A stretch of 61,867 bases of DNA, filler included. It is 4 parts of 4 records of this genome, joined end to end, with 100 filler letters (N's around TTAATTAATTAA, not from the genome) between each part and the next. Parts side by side here need not be neighbours in the genome. Positions count along the whole stretch, not along the records: positions 28,799 to 51,868 come from DRR723986_12814; positions 51,969 to 61,867 come from DRR723986_12816; 2 more parts are not named here. One strand, given 5' to 3'. The position numbers and the translations under genes were made by a program. The notes beneath the pieces were generated by a model. The model was given only the letters and a program-made list of their open reading frames with translations, did no database searches and had not been told where the DNA came from. Positions 49,952 to 59,791 of this stretch are shown one piece after another; the first letter of the stretch is position 1, and each line of letters opens with the position of its first letter.

Positions 49952-51559
49952 TTAGCAGGCAGACGTTGTTTTCGAACATGCAATTCCGTTGACTCTCGAC
50001 GAGGCAAGCTGGCGTTGGTTTTGTCGATAATTAGACCAGTTTTTTAACAAGTTCCACCAACGAGGCTTAGAGTAACGAGGCGTAGAGACTTGCATGCTCG
50101 ACGCCATAGGGGGTGAAGGGGTTTGTGGTGCGTCCGCCGGAACCGCCGTATTGCGAACTTCAACCTGTTTCGACGCCGCTTGAGCAAGTTGCGACGCACA
50201 TTCCACAGATCCTTGTCCCTTTAACATCGCATCGAGGGGGCTTTGAATGTGAGTATCCCTTTGCAGGACGTGTGTGTAGATCATTGTCGTTCGAACATCC
50301 GCGTGTCCCAAGAGCTCTTGAATTGATCGGATATCGGTACCCGCTGCCAGCAAGTGAGTTGCAAAGGAGTGACGAAACGTGTGGCAGTTGATGTGCTTGG
50401 CAACACCAGACTGTGACACGGCCTTTCTCAAGTTAGCCGAAATGGTTTCGCGATGGATGTGATGTCGATGTGTCCGGCCCGAACGTGGATCCCGACTCAG
50501 TTTGCCAGACGCAAACAAATACTGCCACTTGAGCTCACGTTCCGCCCCAGGGAACTTCTTTGCCAAGGCATGCGGAAGCCAGACAGTTCCTTCGCCACTT
50601 GCAAGGTCCATTTCGTGCAATTGCTCGCGAGCGATCATCAGTTTTTCTAGCCGTCCGCCCAGGCTTCTAGGCAGTGGTACGAGTCGGCTCTTGTTTCCCT
50701 TACTCTTGAAGACTCGGATGAGGCTACGTTCAAAATCGAAATCCATCATTCTTAAGCGCAAGCATTCGCTGATCCGCATACCAGTGCCATACAACAGCTG
50801 GGCGATCAATTTGTAATCGCCTCTCAGACCATCGAACACGGTTTGGACTTCTTCGCGGCTCATAACAGTTGGCACAAGCGTTGGCTTGTCCGCTCGAATT
50901 GCACAAATTTTTTCTAGCGGACGCTCTAGCGTATCCTTATAGAGCAGCAACAGGGCAAAGAACGCTTGCTCTTGCGTGGACCCGGCCACACCGCCATCAA
51001 CAGCTAGGTCGGTCAAGAAGCTTTGGACTTCAGATTCCCCGATACTTTCAAAGTCCATTTTGCATTTCAATCCATATTCACGCATGAATCGTTTGGCCCA
51101 CTTTACATACGCACGCTCCGTATTGGGCGACTTTCCCTCCAGTCGCATGTTGCGGCGAAATTCCTGAACCACGTCAGGCTCGTCTGGGTTAATCTTTCCC
51201 ACGATTTCATCGATGGATCGATCCTCGCCAGCGGGGCGTTCTGAGCGTTGTAGTTTTCGCAGCTTGACCAAAATGCCATTTAGTTGTGCGATATCGCCTC
51301 CCCACTGTAGCCTGCTATAGGCCAATAGTGACTCGACAATCTTAATCCTCTTCCATGTCGGTACATTGCCCTTCCGCTTGGCAATTAAGAAGTTGATCAC
51401 ATCAGCTTGAGTGAATCTCCATGATCGAGCATCCTGAACCTTACAGAAGCCCGCGAGCTTTCTAAACCAGATGTCCGCCCACTGCCTTTGAGTTGGTTTA
51501 GTGGACTTCGCATGTTCGGCTCGGTCATCTGCAAGAACTACCATTTCGCATCTCCGCAT
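49952..51559 (-). CDS. intI: Integron integrase (with N- and C-terminal extensions)
   Basis: YGTGMRISE, KGNKSR, IntI patch VWLPHALAKKFP..ERELKWQYLF, HTFRHSFATH, LLGHAD, TTMIYTH. Confidence 0.93.
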   Translation of the reverse strand: MRRCEMVVLADDRAEHAKSTKPTQRQWADIWFRKLAGFCKVQDARSWRFTQADVINFLIAKRKGNVPTWKRIKIVESLLAYSRLQWGGDIAQLNGILVKLRKLQRSERPAGEDRSIDEIVGKINPDEPDVVQEFRRNMRLEGKSPNTERAYVKWAKRFMREYGLKCKMDFESIGESEVQSFLTDLAVDGGVAGSTQEQAFFALLLLYKDTLERPLEKICAIRADKPTLVPTVMSREEVQTVFDGLRGDYKLIAQLLYGTGMRISECLRLRMMDFDFERSLIRVFKSKGNKSRLVPLPRSLGGRLEKLMIAREQLHEMDLASGEGTVWLPHALAKKFPGAERELKWQYLFASGKLSRDPRSGRTHRHHIHRETISANLRKAVSQSGVAKHINCHTFRHSFATHLLAAGTDIRSIQELLGHADVRTTMIYTHVLQRDTHIQSPLDAMLKGQGSVECASQLAQAASKQVEVRNTAVPADAPQTPSPPMASSMQVSTPRYSKPRWWNLLKNWSNYRQNQRQLASSRVNGIACSKTTSAC

Positions 51560-51694
51560 CCAACTGGTGATTCACTGTCTCAAGTTTACAAACTGGCGCA
51601 ATACTGTCTACAAAGAACGATGTTGTCGTGATCGCCCCCGGGCGGCATCCGGGGTACGGACTGGCGTTTTCTCTCTATTCGGATTCAAATTTTC

Positions 51695-51723
51695 TTGACA
51701 TGCCGCAGGCGAGTTGCTCAAAT
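51695..51723 (+). promoter_or_regulatory. Candidate Pc cassette promoter
   Basis: TTGACA-17 nt-TCAAAT (TG extension), pointing towards attI. Confidence 0.4.
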
Positions 51724-51733
51724 TCTGAGTGGC

Positions 51734-51846
51734 GATAAGTGCTTATCCCCAGAATCCCAACTGGTGATAAGTGAGTGAAATACCTCGGGATAAGTCCACC
51801 ATTCCAGCCCTAGTTCAAATGACCTGGGATAATAAGATCGTTATCC
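51734..51846 (+). other. Candidate attI site
   Basis: Upstream of divergent intI; GATAAGT direct repeats at 51734, 51766 and 51789; ends with ...ATAAGATC-GTTATCC core at 51840. Confidence 0.6.
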
Positions 51847-51868
51847 GCTGCAGTGATGATCAATCCAT

Positions 51869-51968
51869 NNNNNNNNNNNNNNNNNNNNNNNNNNNNNNNN
51901 NNNNNNNNNNNNTTAATTAATTAANNNNNNNNNNNNNNNNNNNNNNNNNNNNNNNNNNNNNNNNNNNN
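51869..51968. other. Artificial contig linker
   Basis: N-run flanking TTAATTAATTAA. Confidence 0.99.
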
Positions 51969-52401
51969 GGCCTATTCCAAGGACATGCAGGAAGACAAAG
52001 AACAGGTCTTTGATGCTGCCGACAACTGGATGCTGGCGCTCGCGGCGATGGAGGGGATGGTCAAAGACATGACCGCCAACCGCGACAGCCTTGCCGCTGC
52101 TGCCGGCTCTGGGTTTTCAACCGCGACCGATCTGGCCGACTGGTTGGTGCGGGTTCTGGGTCTGCCGTTCCGCGATGCCCACCACATCACCGGGTCGCTG
52201 GTTGCGATGGCCGAATCCAAGGACTGCGATCTGCCCGACCTGACCCTTGCCGACATGCAGTCCGTGCATGGCGACATTACCGAGGACGTCTTTGGTGTCC
52301 TTGGGGTTGATAATTCGGTAAACTCACGCATGTCTTATGGTGGCACCGCCCCGAAACAGGTCCGTGCCCAAGTTGAACGTTGGAAAGCGACCCTGTCATG
52401 A
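51969..52401 (+). CDS. argH: Argininosuccinate lyase C-terminus (partial)
   Basis: [37 protein letters not shown]. Confidence 0.93.
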
Positions 52402-52577
52402 CCCCAATCCGCGCCCTTACTTTGTTGGCCTTTACCGCCCTAGCGGCCTGTGGCGCGGATGGCGAACCAGTGCAGCCCTCATTGAATGCCAATGTAGGGC
52501 TGTCCAGCAACGGACCTAATGTCGGCGGTGCTGTTGGCCTGCACAAAGGCCCGTTCAACCTGTACCTTGGGTTCTGA
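52398..52577 (+). CDS. Small lipoprotein
   Basis: [10 protein letters not shown] lipobox; start overlaps the argH stop. Confidence 0.75.
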   Translation: MTPIRALTLLAFTALAACGADGEPVQPSLNANVGLSSNGPNVGGAVGLHKGPFNLYLGF

Positions 52578-52721
52578 GCCATAAGCTATGGCTAACCGTT
52601 ACAGATTCGGGCTTGAAACACTAAAGGTTCGCTTTGAACCCTACTTAACTTTCAACTTTGTCGGCGCGCTGCCATTGTCCAAAATAACAAGTACGTTCTG
52701 AGTAATGTTGAAGTAAGCGCC

Positions 52722-53165
52722 ATGTTGTCGACCAAACTTTCCAGAGTATTGATTGCTTTTTTCCTGTGCGGCACCGTCTATTTTATTGTTGATAGCTTTT
52801 CGGAGGAAAAACGGTTCCTAAGGTTTACCCGAGAAGCAGGCACATCAGTGGAAGATCGTCCATTCACTTCAAGTTTTGTCACCAAAGACCAAATCCAAAG
52901 GTTCATTTCAACACGGGGTTATGACAATGCTTTCGTGTATTTCGAAGATGGGCTCGGGCTAAGCCCCTCAACTCAACGGCCTGAGGACAAGGGTTTATCG
53001 ACAAATGCCAAAAGCCGCATTCTAGATAAGGGTGCCAACGCAGTTACGGTTTATTCTATAGTTAGGTATTTCGGGATTGGTTCGGTCGAGACCCGAATTA
53101 TCCTTTTTCACAAGGATGGCGACGTGCTCGACATGACCTCGCGCGAATTCAGTACGGCTCTATGA
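52722..53165 (+). CDS. Hypothetical membrane-anchored protein (AT-rich insertion)
   Basis: 147-aa ORF with an N-terminal TM; visibly more AT-rich than its flanks. Confidence 0.55.
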   Translation: MLSTKLSRVLIAFFLCGTVYFIVDSFSEEKRFLRFTREAGTSVEDRPFTSSFVTKDQIQRFISTRGYDNAFVYFEDGLGLSPSTQRPEDKGLSTNAKSRILDKGANAVTVYSIVRYFGIGSVETRIILFHKDGDVLDMTSREFSTAL

Positions 53166-53346
53166 TCAGTGTTGAGTAGAATTAGAGCAGGATCTTAAAT
53201 AGTCGCTTCGTTCGCTTAGCTGTCTTTGAGAAAAAAGACGAGCGCATGTAGGTTTTGCACGTTCCCACCAGCCAAGCCTCTGAGAAACGGCTGCCACGAA
53301 CGTTTGTAATTGATTACAAACCCCGTTTTGGTCTACTCGCGGTCTT

Positions 53347-54612
53347 ATGGATCACTTTCTCTATCGCGACGGCGCGCTCTACGCCGAGGATGTCCCTGTT
53401 TCCGAGATCGCCGCGGCGGTGGGTACTCCGTTTTATGCTTATTCCACCGCGACGCTACAGCGGCACTTCAAGCTGTTTGATGATGCGCTGGAGGGAATGG
53501 ATCACCTTGTCTGTTACGCGATGAAAGCGGCCAGCAATCAGGCCATTTTACGCACATTGGCGCAGGTCGGAGCCGGGATGGATGTCGTCTCCGAAGGCGA
53601 ATATCTGCGGGCCAAGGCCGCAGGCGTTCTGGGCGAGAAAATCGTATTCTCTGGCGTTGGTAAAACCGCCCGAGAAATTCGCACAGCACTGACCGGCGGC
53701 ATTCGCCAATTCAACGTCGAATCTGAACCCGAGATGGAAGTGATCAACGCCGTCGCTCTGGATCTGGGCGTCGTAGCACCGATCACCGTGCGGGTGAACC
53801 CGGATGTGGACGCCAAGACCCATGCCAAAATCGCCACCGGAAAATCCGAAAACAAATTCGGCATCCCAATCGCGCGCGCCTCCGAGGTTTACGCCCGCGC
53901 CGCGGCGCTGCCGGGGCTCGATGTTATTGGCATTGACGTACATATCGGATCCCAATTGACTGAGCTTGAGCCGTTCGAGCTGGCCTACCAAAAGGTTGCG
54001 GAACTGACGGAGCAGTTGCGTAGCGAGGGCCATAATATCCGTCGCCTTGATCTGGGCGGCGGTCTGGGTATTCCCTACACCCGCTCGAACGACGCGCCAC
54101 CACTGCCGGTGGAATATGGCGCGCTGATCAAAAAGACGCTTGGCCATCTGGGTTGCGAAATCGAAATAGAACCCGGTCGTCTGATCGCAGGAAACGCCGG
54201 CATTCTGGTTTCGGACGTGATCTATGTGAAATCAGGCGAAGGTCGTGATTTCTTAATCGTAGATGCGGCGATGAATGACCTGATCCGCCCCGCGATGTAT
54301 GAAGCACATCATGACATCGTGGCGGTGAACGAACCGGCACCGGGGACAGAAATGCAGCCTTATGACATCGTTGGCCCGGTTTGCGAATCTGGCGATACCT
54401 TTGCCAAGCAACGCAACATGCCACCGCTGGCGTCGGGTGATTTGATCGCCTTCCGCAGTGCGGGGGCTTATGGCGCGGTCATGTCTAGCGAATACAACAC
54501 CCGCCCCCTGATCCCCGAAGTTCTGGTCAATGGGGATCAATTTGCGGTTATTCGCCCACGTCCAACCTTTGACGAAATGATAAACCGCGATACCATACCC
54601 GAGTGGCTCTGA
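53347..54612 (+). CDS. lysA: Diaminopimelate decarboxylase
   Basis: YAMKA, HIGSQ, DLGGG, EPGR, GPVCESGD, AGAYG. Confidence 0.96.
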   Translation: MDHFLYRDGALYAEDVPVSEIAAAVGTPFYAYSTATLQRHFKLFDDALEGMDHLVCYAMKAASNQAILRTLAQVGAGMDVVSEGEYLRAKAAGVLGEKIVFSGVGKTAREIRTALTGGIRQFNVESEPEMEVINAVALDLGVVAPITVRVNPDVDAKTHAKIATGKSENKFGIPIARASEVYARAAALPGLDVIGIDVHIGSQLTELEPFELAYQKVAELTEQLRSEGHNIRRLDLGGGLGIPYTRSNDAPPLPVEYGALIKKTLGHLGCEIEIEPGRLIAGNAGILVSDVIYVKSGEGRDFLIVDAAMNDLIRPAMYEAHHDIVAVNEPAPGTEMQPYDIVGPVCESGDTFAKQRNMPPLASGDLIAFRSAGAYGAVMSSEYNTRPLIPEVLVNGDQFAVIRPRPTFDEMINRDTIPEWL

Positions 54613-54648
54613 CGCGATCCCCGCGTCGGACCAACCCGGAGTGACGCT

Positions 54649-57180
54649 TTGACCGCAAAACCACCCGTGCCTTCGCAAATTCCGCGCCTGTCTTATTGGC
54701 TGACCGGCGTGGGTATTTTCGCTGAACGGGCGTTGCGCTGTTTCTGGCCGTTTTTTTCCGTTGTGATGCTGGTGCTTGCAGCCCTGATGCTGGGCTTGCA
54801 GGATCTCATCACCGTTGAATTTGTCTGGGGCTTTGCCGGTCTTAGCCTGCTCGCCGGGCTGGCAACGCTGGCCTTTGGCGCGCGCAACATGCGCTTTCCA
54901 ACACGCACTGATGTTCTGATCCGCTTGGATGCATCACTGCCGGGGCGCCCCATTCAGGCGTTGATCGATACGCAATCCCTGGGGGCTCAGGATGCCGCAT
55001 CAGTGGCGCTGTGGCAGGCGCATCTGGCACGGATGGCGCAGCGGGTGGCCGATGCTACACCGGTTGAACCCGACCTGAAACTGTCCGCGCGCGATCCATA
55101 TGCCCTGCGCTATATGGCCCTTCTGGCCTTTGTTGTGGCAATAGTGTTTGGCTCGCTCTCGCGCGTCGAAACCGTCGCAGATCTGGCACCGGGCGCAGGC
55201 ACAGGCGCTGCAGGCCCAACTTGGGAGGGGTGGATCGAGCCCCCCCGATACACTCGCCTGCCGACACTCTATCTGAATGATCAATCTGTCGAGACGCTGA
55301 CCTTGCCTGTAAATAGCCGCATTTCGTTGCGGTTTTATGGCGAAGTGGGCGCGCTGAAACTGGACGAAACGATCTCGGGACAGCTTGCCCCCGATCCAAC
55401 CGCACCAGAACAGTCGCTTGTGGTCACCCAAGCCGGAACATTGACCATCGCAGGGTTAAACGGTCAGGCGTGGGCTGTGCAAATCCAAAAGGACATGCCC
55501 CCGCAAATCGCGGTCAGCGGGCTAGCAGAAACACGGGCTGAGGGGCGCATGGCCCTGCCTTTTACCGCACAGGATGACTATGGCATTTCTGGCGGGCAGG
55601 CGACGGTTGAATTGGATCTTCTTGCCGTCGATCGCACCCATGGCTTGACCACAGCCCCCGACCCACGTGCGGCGATTGTTTTGGATTTGCCCATTCCGAT
55701 TGTCGGGGATCGCAGCGATTTTGTCGAAACCCTGATCGAAGATTTTTTCCAACATCCATGGGCGCATTTGCCGGTCAAGATTACGCTGACGGCAAAGGAT
55801 GCCGCTGGTCAATCAGGGGAAACCGCCCCCTTTGGCACCGCCTTGCCCGCGCGTAATTTTTTTGATCCCTTGGCAGCAGCGATTGTCGAACAACGCCGTG
55901 ATCTGTTGTGGGCCAAAGCCAATGCGCCGCGCGTCGCTCAGTTGCTGCGTGCCATCTCTCACCGACCCGAGGACCTGTTCCGCACGTCGACAGGGTACCT
56001 GCGCTACAGGGTCATTTTGCGCCGTCTTGAGGTCTACACACGGGCAGGGATGACGCCAGAATGGCAGACCGAAGTTGCCGCGGCCCTCTGGGATCTGGCG
56101 GTTCTGCTCGAAGACGGAAATTTGGGTGACGCCTTGGAACGGTTGCGCCGGGCGCAGGAACGTTTGAGCGAGGCGATGAAAAACGGCGCGACGGACGAAG
56201 AAATCGCTGAGCTGATGCAAGACCTTCGCGAAGCGACCGAGGATTATTTACGCCAACTGTCCCGCCAAGCCCAACAAGAGGGTGGCGATCAGCCCCAAGG
56301 GCAAAATGGCGAGTCGATGCAGATGACTCAGGATGATCTGCAAAAGATGATGGATAAAATCCAAGAGCTGATGGAACAAGGCCGAATGGCCGAGGCCCAG
56401 CAAGCGTTGGAAGAGCTCCAGCAGATGATGGAAAACATGCGCGTGACCCAAGGCCAACAGGGCCAATCCGAAGGGCAGCGCGCGATGGAAGGATTGGCAG
56501 ATACGCTGCGCAATCAACAAGGTCTTTCGGATCAGGCGTTCCGGGACTTGCAGGAACAATTCAACCCTGGCGCACAAGCTGGGGAAAGTCAGGAAAACCA
56601 AGGGCGTGATGGTGGCCAAGGTCGTGGTCAAAGCCACAGTGGCCAAGGTGGCACCGGTGCCGGCGATGGCGAAGAAGGTCAGCAAGGGGCGGGATCGCTG
56701 GCGGACCAGCAGCAAGCACTGCGCGACGAACTCCGTCGCCAACAACAGAACATGCCCGGTGCAGGCACGCCCGAAGGGGACGCAACGCGCGAATCTCTAG
56801 ACCGGGCAGGCCGCGCGATGGAGGGGGCGGAACAGGCGCTTCGCGAAAACGATATGGCCGAGGCGCTAGACCAGCAATCTTCGGCGATGGAGGCGTTGCG
56901 CGAAGGTATGCGCGCCTTGGGTGAGGCGATGGCTCAAGAGCAGCAGAACCAACCGGGCCAAGGTTCGCAAGAGGGCGACGCACAGGCGCAGAACCGTGAT
57001 CCGTTGGGTCGTCAGCCCGGATCACAGGGTTCGATCGGAACGGACGAGGACCTGTTGCAGGGGCAAGATGTCTATCGCCGGGCGCGGGAATTGCTAGATG
57101 AAATCCGCCGCCGCTCTGGCGAGGGAGAGCGCCCAGAGATCGAGCTGGAGTATTTGAAACGCCTGCTCGACCGGTTTTAA
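54649..57180 (+). CDS. TIGR02302/DUF4175 family protein
   Basis: RDPYALR, WIEPPRYT, DDYG, Q-rich coiled coils, RDPLGR, ELEYLKRLLDRF; follows lysA. Confidence 0.85.
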   Translation: MTAKPPVPSQIPRLSYWLTGVGIFAERALRCFWPFFSVVMLVLAALMLGLQDLITVEFVWGFAGLSLLAGLATLAFGARNMRFPTRTDVLIRLDASLPGRPIQALIDTQSLGAQDAASVALWQAHLARMAQRVADATPVEPDLKLSARDPYALRYMALLAFVVAIVFGSLSRVETVADLAPGAGTGAAGPTWEGWIEPPRYTRLPTLYLNDQSVETLTLPVNSRISLRFYGEVGALKLDETISGQLAPDPTAPEQSLVVTQAGTLTIAGLNGQAWAVQIQKDMPPQIAVSGLAETRAEGRMALPFTAQDDYGISGGQATVELDLLAVDRTHGLTTAPDPRAAIVLDLPIPIVGDRSDFVETLIEDFFQHPWAHLPVKITLTAKDAAGQSGETAPFGTALPARNFFDPLAAAIVEQRRDLLWAKANAPRVAQLLRAISHRPEDLFRTSTGYLRYRVILRRLEVYTRAGMTPEWQTEVAAALWDLAVLLEDGNLGDALERLRRAQERLSEAMKNGATDEEIAELMQDLREATEDYLRQLSRQAQQEGGDQPQGQNGESMQMTQDDLQKMMDKIQELMEQGRMAEAQQALEELQQMMENMRVTQGQQGQSEGQRAMEGLADTLRNQQGLSDQAFRDLQEQFNPGAQAGESQENQGRDGGQGRGQSHSGQGGTGAGDGEEGQQGAGSLADQQQALRDELRRQQQNMPGAGTPEGDATRESLDRAGRAMEGAEQALRENDMAEALDQQSSAMEALREGMRALGEAMAQEQQNQPGQGSQEGDAQAQNRDPLGRQPGSQGSIGTDEDLLQGQDVYRRARELLDEIRRRSGEGERPEIELEYLKRLLDRF

Positions 57181-57202
57181 GGCAAATAGGCCTGGAAAGG
57201 GT

Positions 57203-58033
57203 CTATTGCCCCATCAAGCCCGTGGCCTGCGCATCCAGCCATAACCGGGCCTGATCGACCAACGCCACATAGGCGCTGAGCAACGGATCCGCTTGCGGCA
57301 GGCTTATGGCGATGGTCGGCGCATTGATATACAGGCCTGCCAAGATCACCCCAACAATCACAATCACGGAAAAGCCCCGCAGGAATCCTCCTGATGCAGG
57401 GCGCTTTGCGGGTCCCGGTTGCGGCAGATTGGCCCCCTGATCGACGGCTTTGTCCGTTGAACTGCGCAGGGTGGAATTGATCTCTTCGATATCGGGCAAC
57501 AACCCCCGACGTGACCCGGCATCCTGTGTGGCCACTTCGGCAGATGGGGCTTCGCCACGAATGCGCGCCATACGATTTTGGGCTTCGCGGGCGCGCCGCT
57601 CCGGCTCTTCATTGCCATGCGCTTCCAAACCCAGATCAGGCTGGCTTTCCAAGCTCTGAGTTTCAGTGGCGCGCAATTCCGCTTCGCGAGAGGCTTCTTC
57701 GCGCAGGATTTCCGACACATCCGGGGCCAGATCACGGCGCGCGGGTTCGGGGTCTGTGGGCTCTTCTGGCGTGTCAGGCACGGTCTCTTGCGGGGCGGGA
57801 TCGGTTTCAGCCGGGGAAACATCCTGTCCCGTGACAGCTGCCCGCAACCCATCATCAAGCGCGGATGCAACGGGGTCCGGCGTGTCGTGCGCCTCTTCCG
57901 AGATCACTTTATCTGGATGCTCCTGAAACCACGTGTCACCGCAGTTGGAACACTGAACGTCCCGACCATCTTGCGGGATCACTTCTATTGGCACTTCGTA
58001 TTGAGCACCGCAATTAGGACATGTCAGACGCAT
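57203..58033 (-). CDS. MJ0042-type zinc-ribbon domain membrane protein
   Basis: MRLTCPNCGAQY...VQCSNCGDTWFQ; C-terminal TM; divergent from ftsE. Confidence 0.85.
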   Translation of the reverse strand: MRLTCPNCGAQYEVPIEVIPQDGRDVQCSNCGDTWFQEHPDKVISEEAHDTPDPVASALDDGLRAAVTGQDVSPAETDPAPQETVPDTPEEPTDPEPARRDLAPDVSEILREEASREAELRATETQSLESQPDLGLEAHGNEEPERRAREAQNRMARIRGEAPSAEVATQDAGSRRGLLPDIEEINSTLRSSTDKAVDQGANLPQPGPAKRPASGGFLRGFSVIVIVGVILAGLYINAPTIAISLPQADPLLSAYVALVDQARLWLDAQATGLMGQ

Positions 58034-58217
58034 TCTGCCTCCCGCTGTTTTGTTCTGCCTGAATATTATTTTTTAATGACCATAGGCTGTTAAGCCCCAC
58101 ACGAAAAGAGAGTTTTATCTGACCCAGCGATAAGTGGTGTATCAGGATCGTCTGGGGGCATTGAAACTATATCCCTGCTGAGGCAAGAAGACAGTCAAAG
58201 CGACAGGGGACACAAGT

Positions 58218-58895
58218 GTGATCGAGCTGGATAACGTGGGCTATAGCTATGGCGGCGGGGAATTGCTGAGCAATTTGTCAGTGCGCCTGACGCCTGGTTC
58301 CTTTCATTTCCTGACTGGCCCGTCCGGGGCAGGTAAGACAACGTTGCTGAAACTGTGCTACGGGGCCCTGCATCCGACGGCGGGGCAGGTGCGTGCCTTT
58401 GAAACGGACATGCGCCAACTGGACCGGGATCAAACCGCGCTGTTGCGGCGCCGGATTGGTGTGGTGCATCAGGATTGCCGGTTCCTGGATCATTTGACTT
58501 TAACCGAAAACGTTGCCCTGCCTTTGTTGGTTTCGGGGCGCGACCTGTCCTCTGAGACGGACAACCTGAATGAATTGATGCAATGGGTTGGCCTGTCTGG
58601 TCGGGCCGATGCGCGGCCACCAGAGCTATCGGGGGGCGAAAGGCAACGCGCGGCTTTGGCCCGTGCTGTTATCATGTCACCTGATGTCGTCATCGCGGAC
58701 GAGCCAACCGGCAACGTGGATTGGGAAATGTCACAGCGCCTGCTGCAACTGTTGGTCGAATTGAACCGCATGGGAAAAACAGTGCTGATCGCCACGCATG
58801 ATCTTAGCCTGATCCGCGCCGCCAAAAGTCAGGTGCAGGCGCGCGTGCTGCGCATTGCAAACCGCCAACTGCAAACAGCGGGGGCGGACCTATGA
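58218..58895 (+). CDS. ftsE: Cell division ATP-binding protein FtsE
   Basis: GPSGAGKT, LSGGERQR, ADEPTGNVD, ATHD. Confidence 0.92.
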   Translation: MIELDNVGYSYGGGELLSNLSVRLTPGSFHFLTGPSGAGKTTLLKLCYGALHPTAGQVRAFETDMRQLDRDQTALLRRRIGVVHQDCRFLDHLTLTENVALPLLVSGRDLSSETDNLNELMQWVGLSGRADARPPELSGGERQRAALARAVIMSPDVVIADEPTGNVDWEMSQRLLQLLVELNRMGKTVLIATHDLSLIRAAKSQVQARVLRIANRQLQTAGADL

Positions 58896-59791
58896 ATACA
58901 GCCAACCTGCGCACCCTGCTGATGGGCGACAAACAAGCCGATCGTGTTGTCCCACCCACTGGGTTTACCGCCCAGCTGACGCTGTTTGTTTCTGGCGCCA
59001 TGGGGTTTCTGGCCGTGTTTGCCTTGGCTTTGTCTTTGGCATCCGGACGCTTGGCGGATCGCTGGGCAGATGAACTGGCACGCTCGGCGACCTTGCGGAT
59101 CAATGCGCCAACAGATCAACGCGCGGACCAGACCAAAGCGGCCTTGGATATTCTGGCACAAACGCCCGGCGTTGCCTCTGCGCGCGCTCTATCTGTCGAG
59201 GAACAGGTTGCTTTGCTGACCCCATGGTTTGGCCCGGATCTGCCCTTGGACGCCTTGCCAATCCCCCAGTTGATCGAAGTCACCGCGGGCGAACCCGGTT
59301 ACGATTTGGCCGGGTTGCGCCTGCGTCTGGTGGCCGAGGTTCCCGGCGCGGTGTTCGATGACCATACGCGCTGGCGTGAGCCGCTTGTTGATGCGGCCAA
59401 TTCGCTGCGTCGGCTGGCGCTGGTTTCGACCCTTTTGATCGGCGGTGCACTTGCTGGCATGATCACACTGGCCGCCAACGCGGCCTTGGCCGCAAATGCA
59501 CAGGTGATCGAGGTTTTGCGGCTGGTTGGGGCGCGGGATCGTTATATCGCTGGCGCGTTTGTGCGCCGCTTTACCATGCGGGCGCTGATCGGGTCGGCCA
59601 TTGGTGTGGTCATCGGCATGGGCGGTGTCCTCCTGCTCCCCGAGGCCTCAAACGAGGGGGGCTTTTTAACCGGCCTTGGCTTTCAGGGCCTTGGCTGGGG
59701 CGTACCCCTTTTGCTACCACTGCTCAGCGGTGTCGTCGCCTTTTTTGCCACCTGGAACGCCGCGCGGCGCACCCTAAAGGAACTCACGTAA
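58892..59791 (+). CDS. ftsX: Cell division permease FtsX
   Basis: Four-TM FtsX layout, IEVLRLVGARD.YIA..F; coupled to ftsE. Confidence 0.9.
   Translation: MNTANLRTLLMGDKQADRVVPPTGFTAQLTLFVSGAMGFLAVFALALSLASGRLADRWADELARSATLRINAPTDQRADQTKAALDILAQTPGVASARALSVEEQVALLTPWFGPDLPLDALPIPQLIEVTAGEPGYDLAGLRLRLVAEVPGAVFDDHTRWREPLVDAANSLRRLALVSTLLIGGALAGMITLAANAALAANAQVIEVLRLVGARDRYIAGAFVRRFTMRALIGSAIGVVIGMGGVLLLPEASNEGGFLTGLGFQGLGWGVPLLLPLLSGVVAFFATWNAARRTLKELT

Noticed and set aside
51575-51620. LexA box upstream of intI
   Set aside because: CTGT half-sites are present but there is no CTGT-N8-ACAG match, and the host motif is not known to me
56248-57025. Gln/Gly-rich repetitive stretch
   Set aside because: Low-complexity coding region of the TIGR02302 protein, not a DNA repeat element
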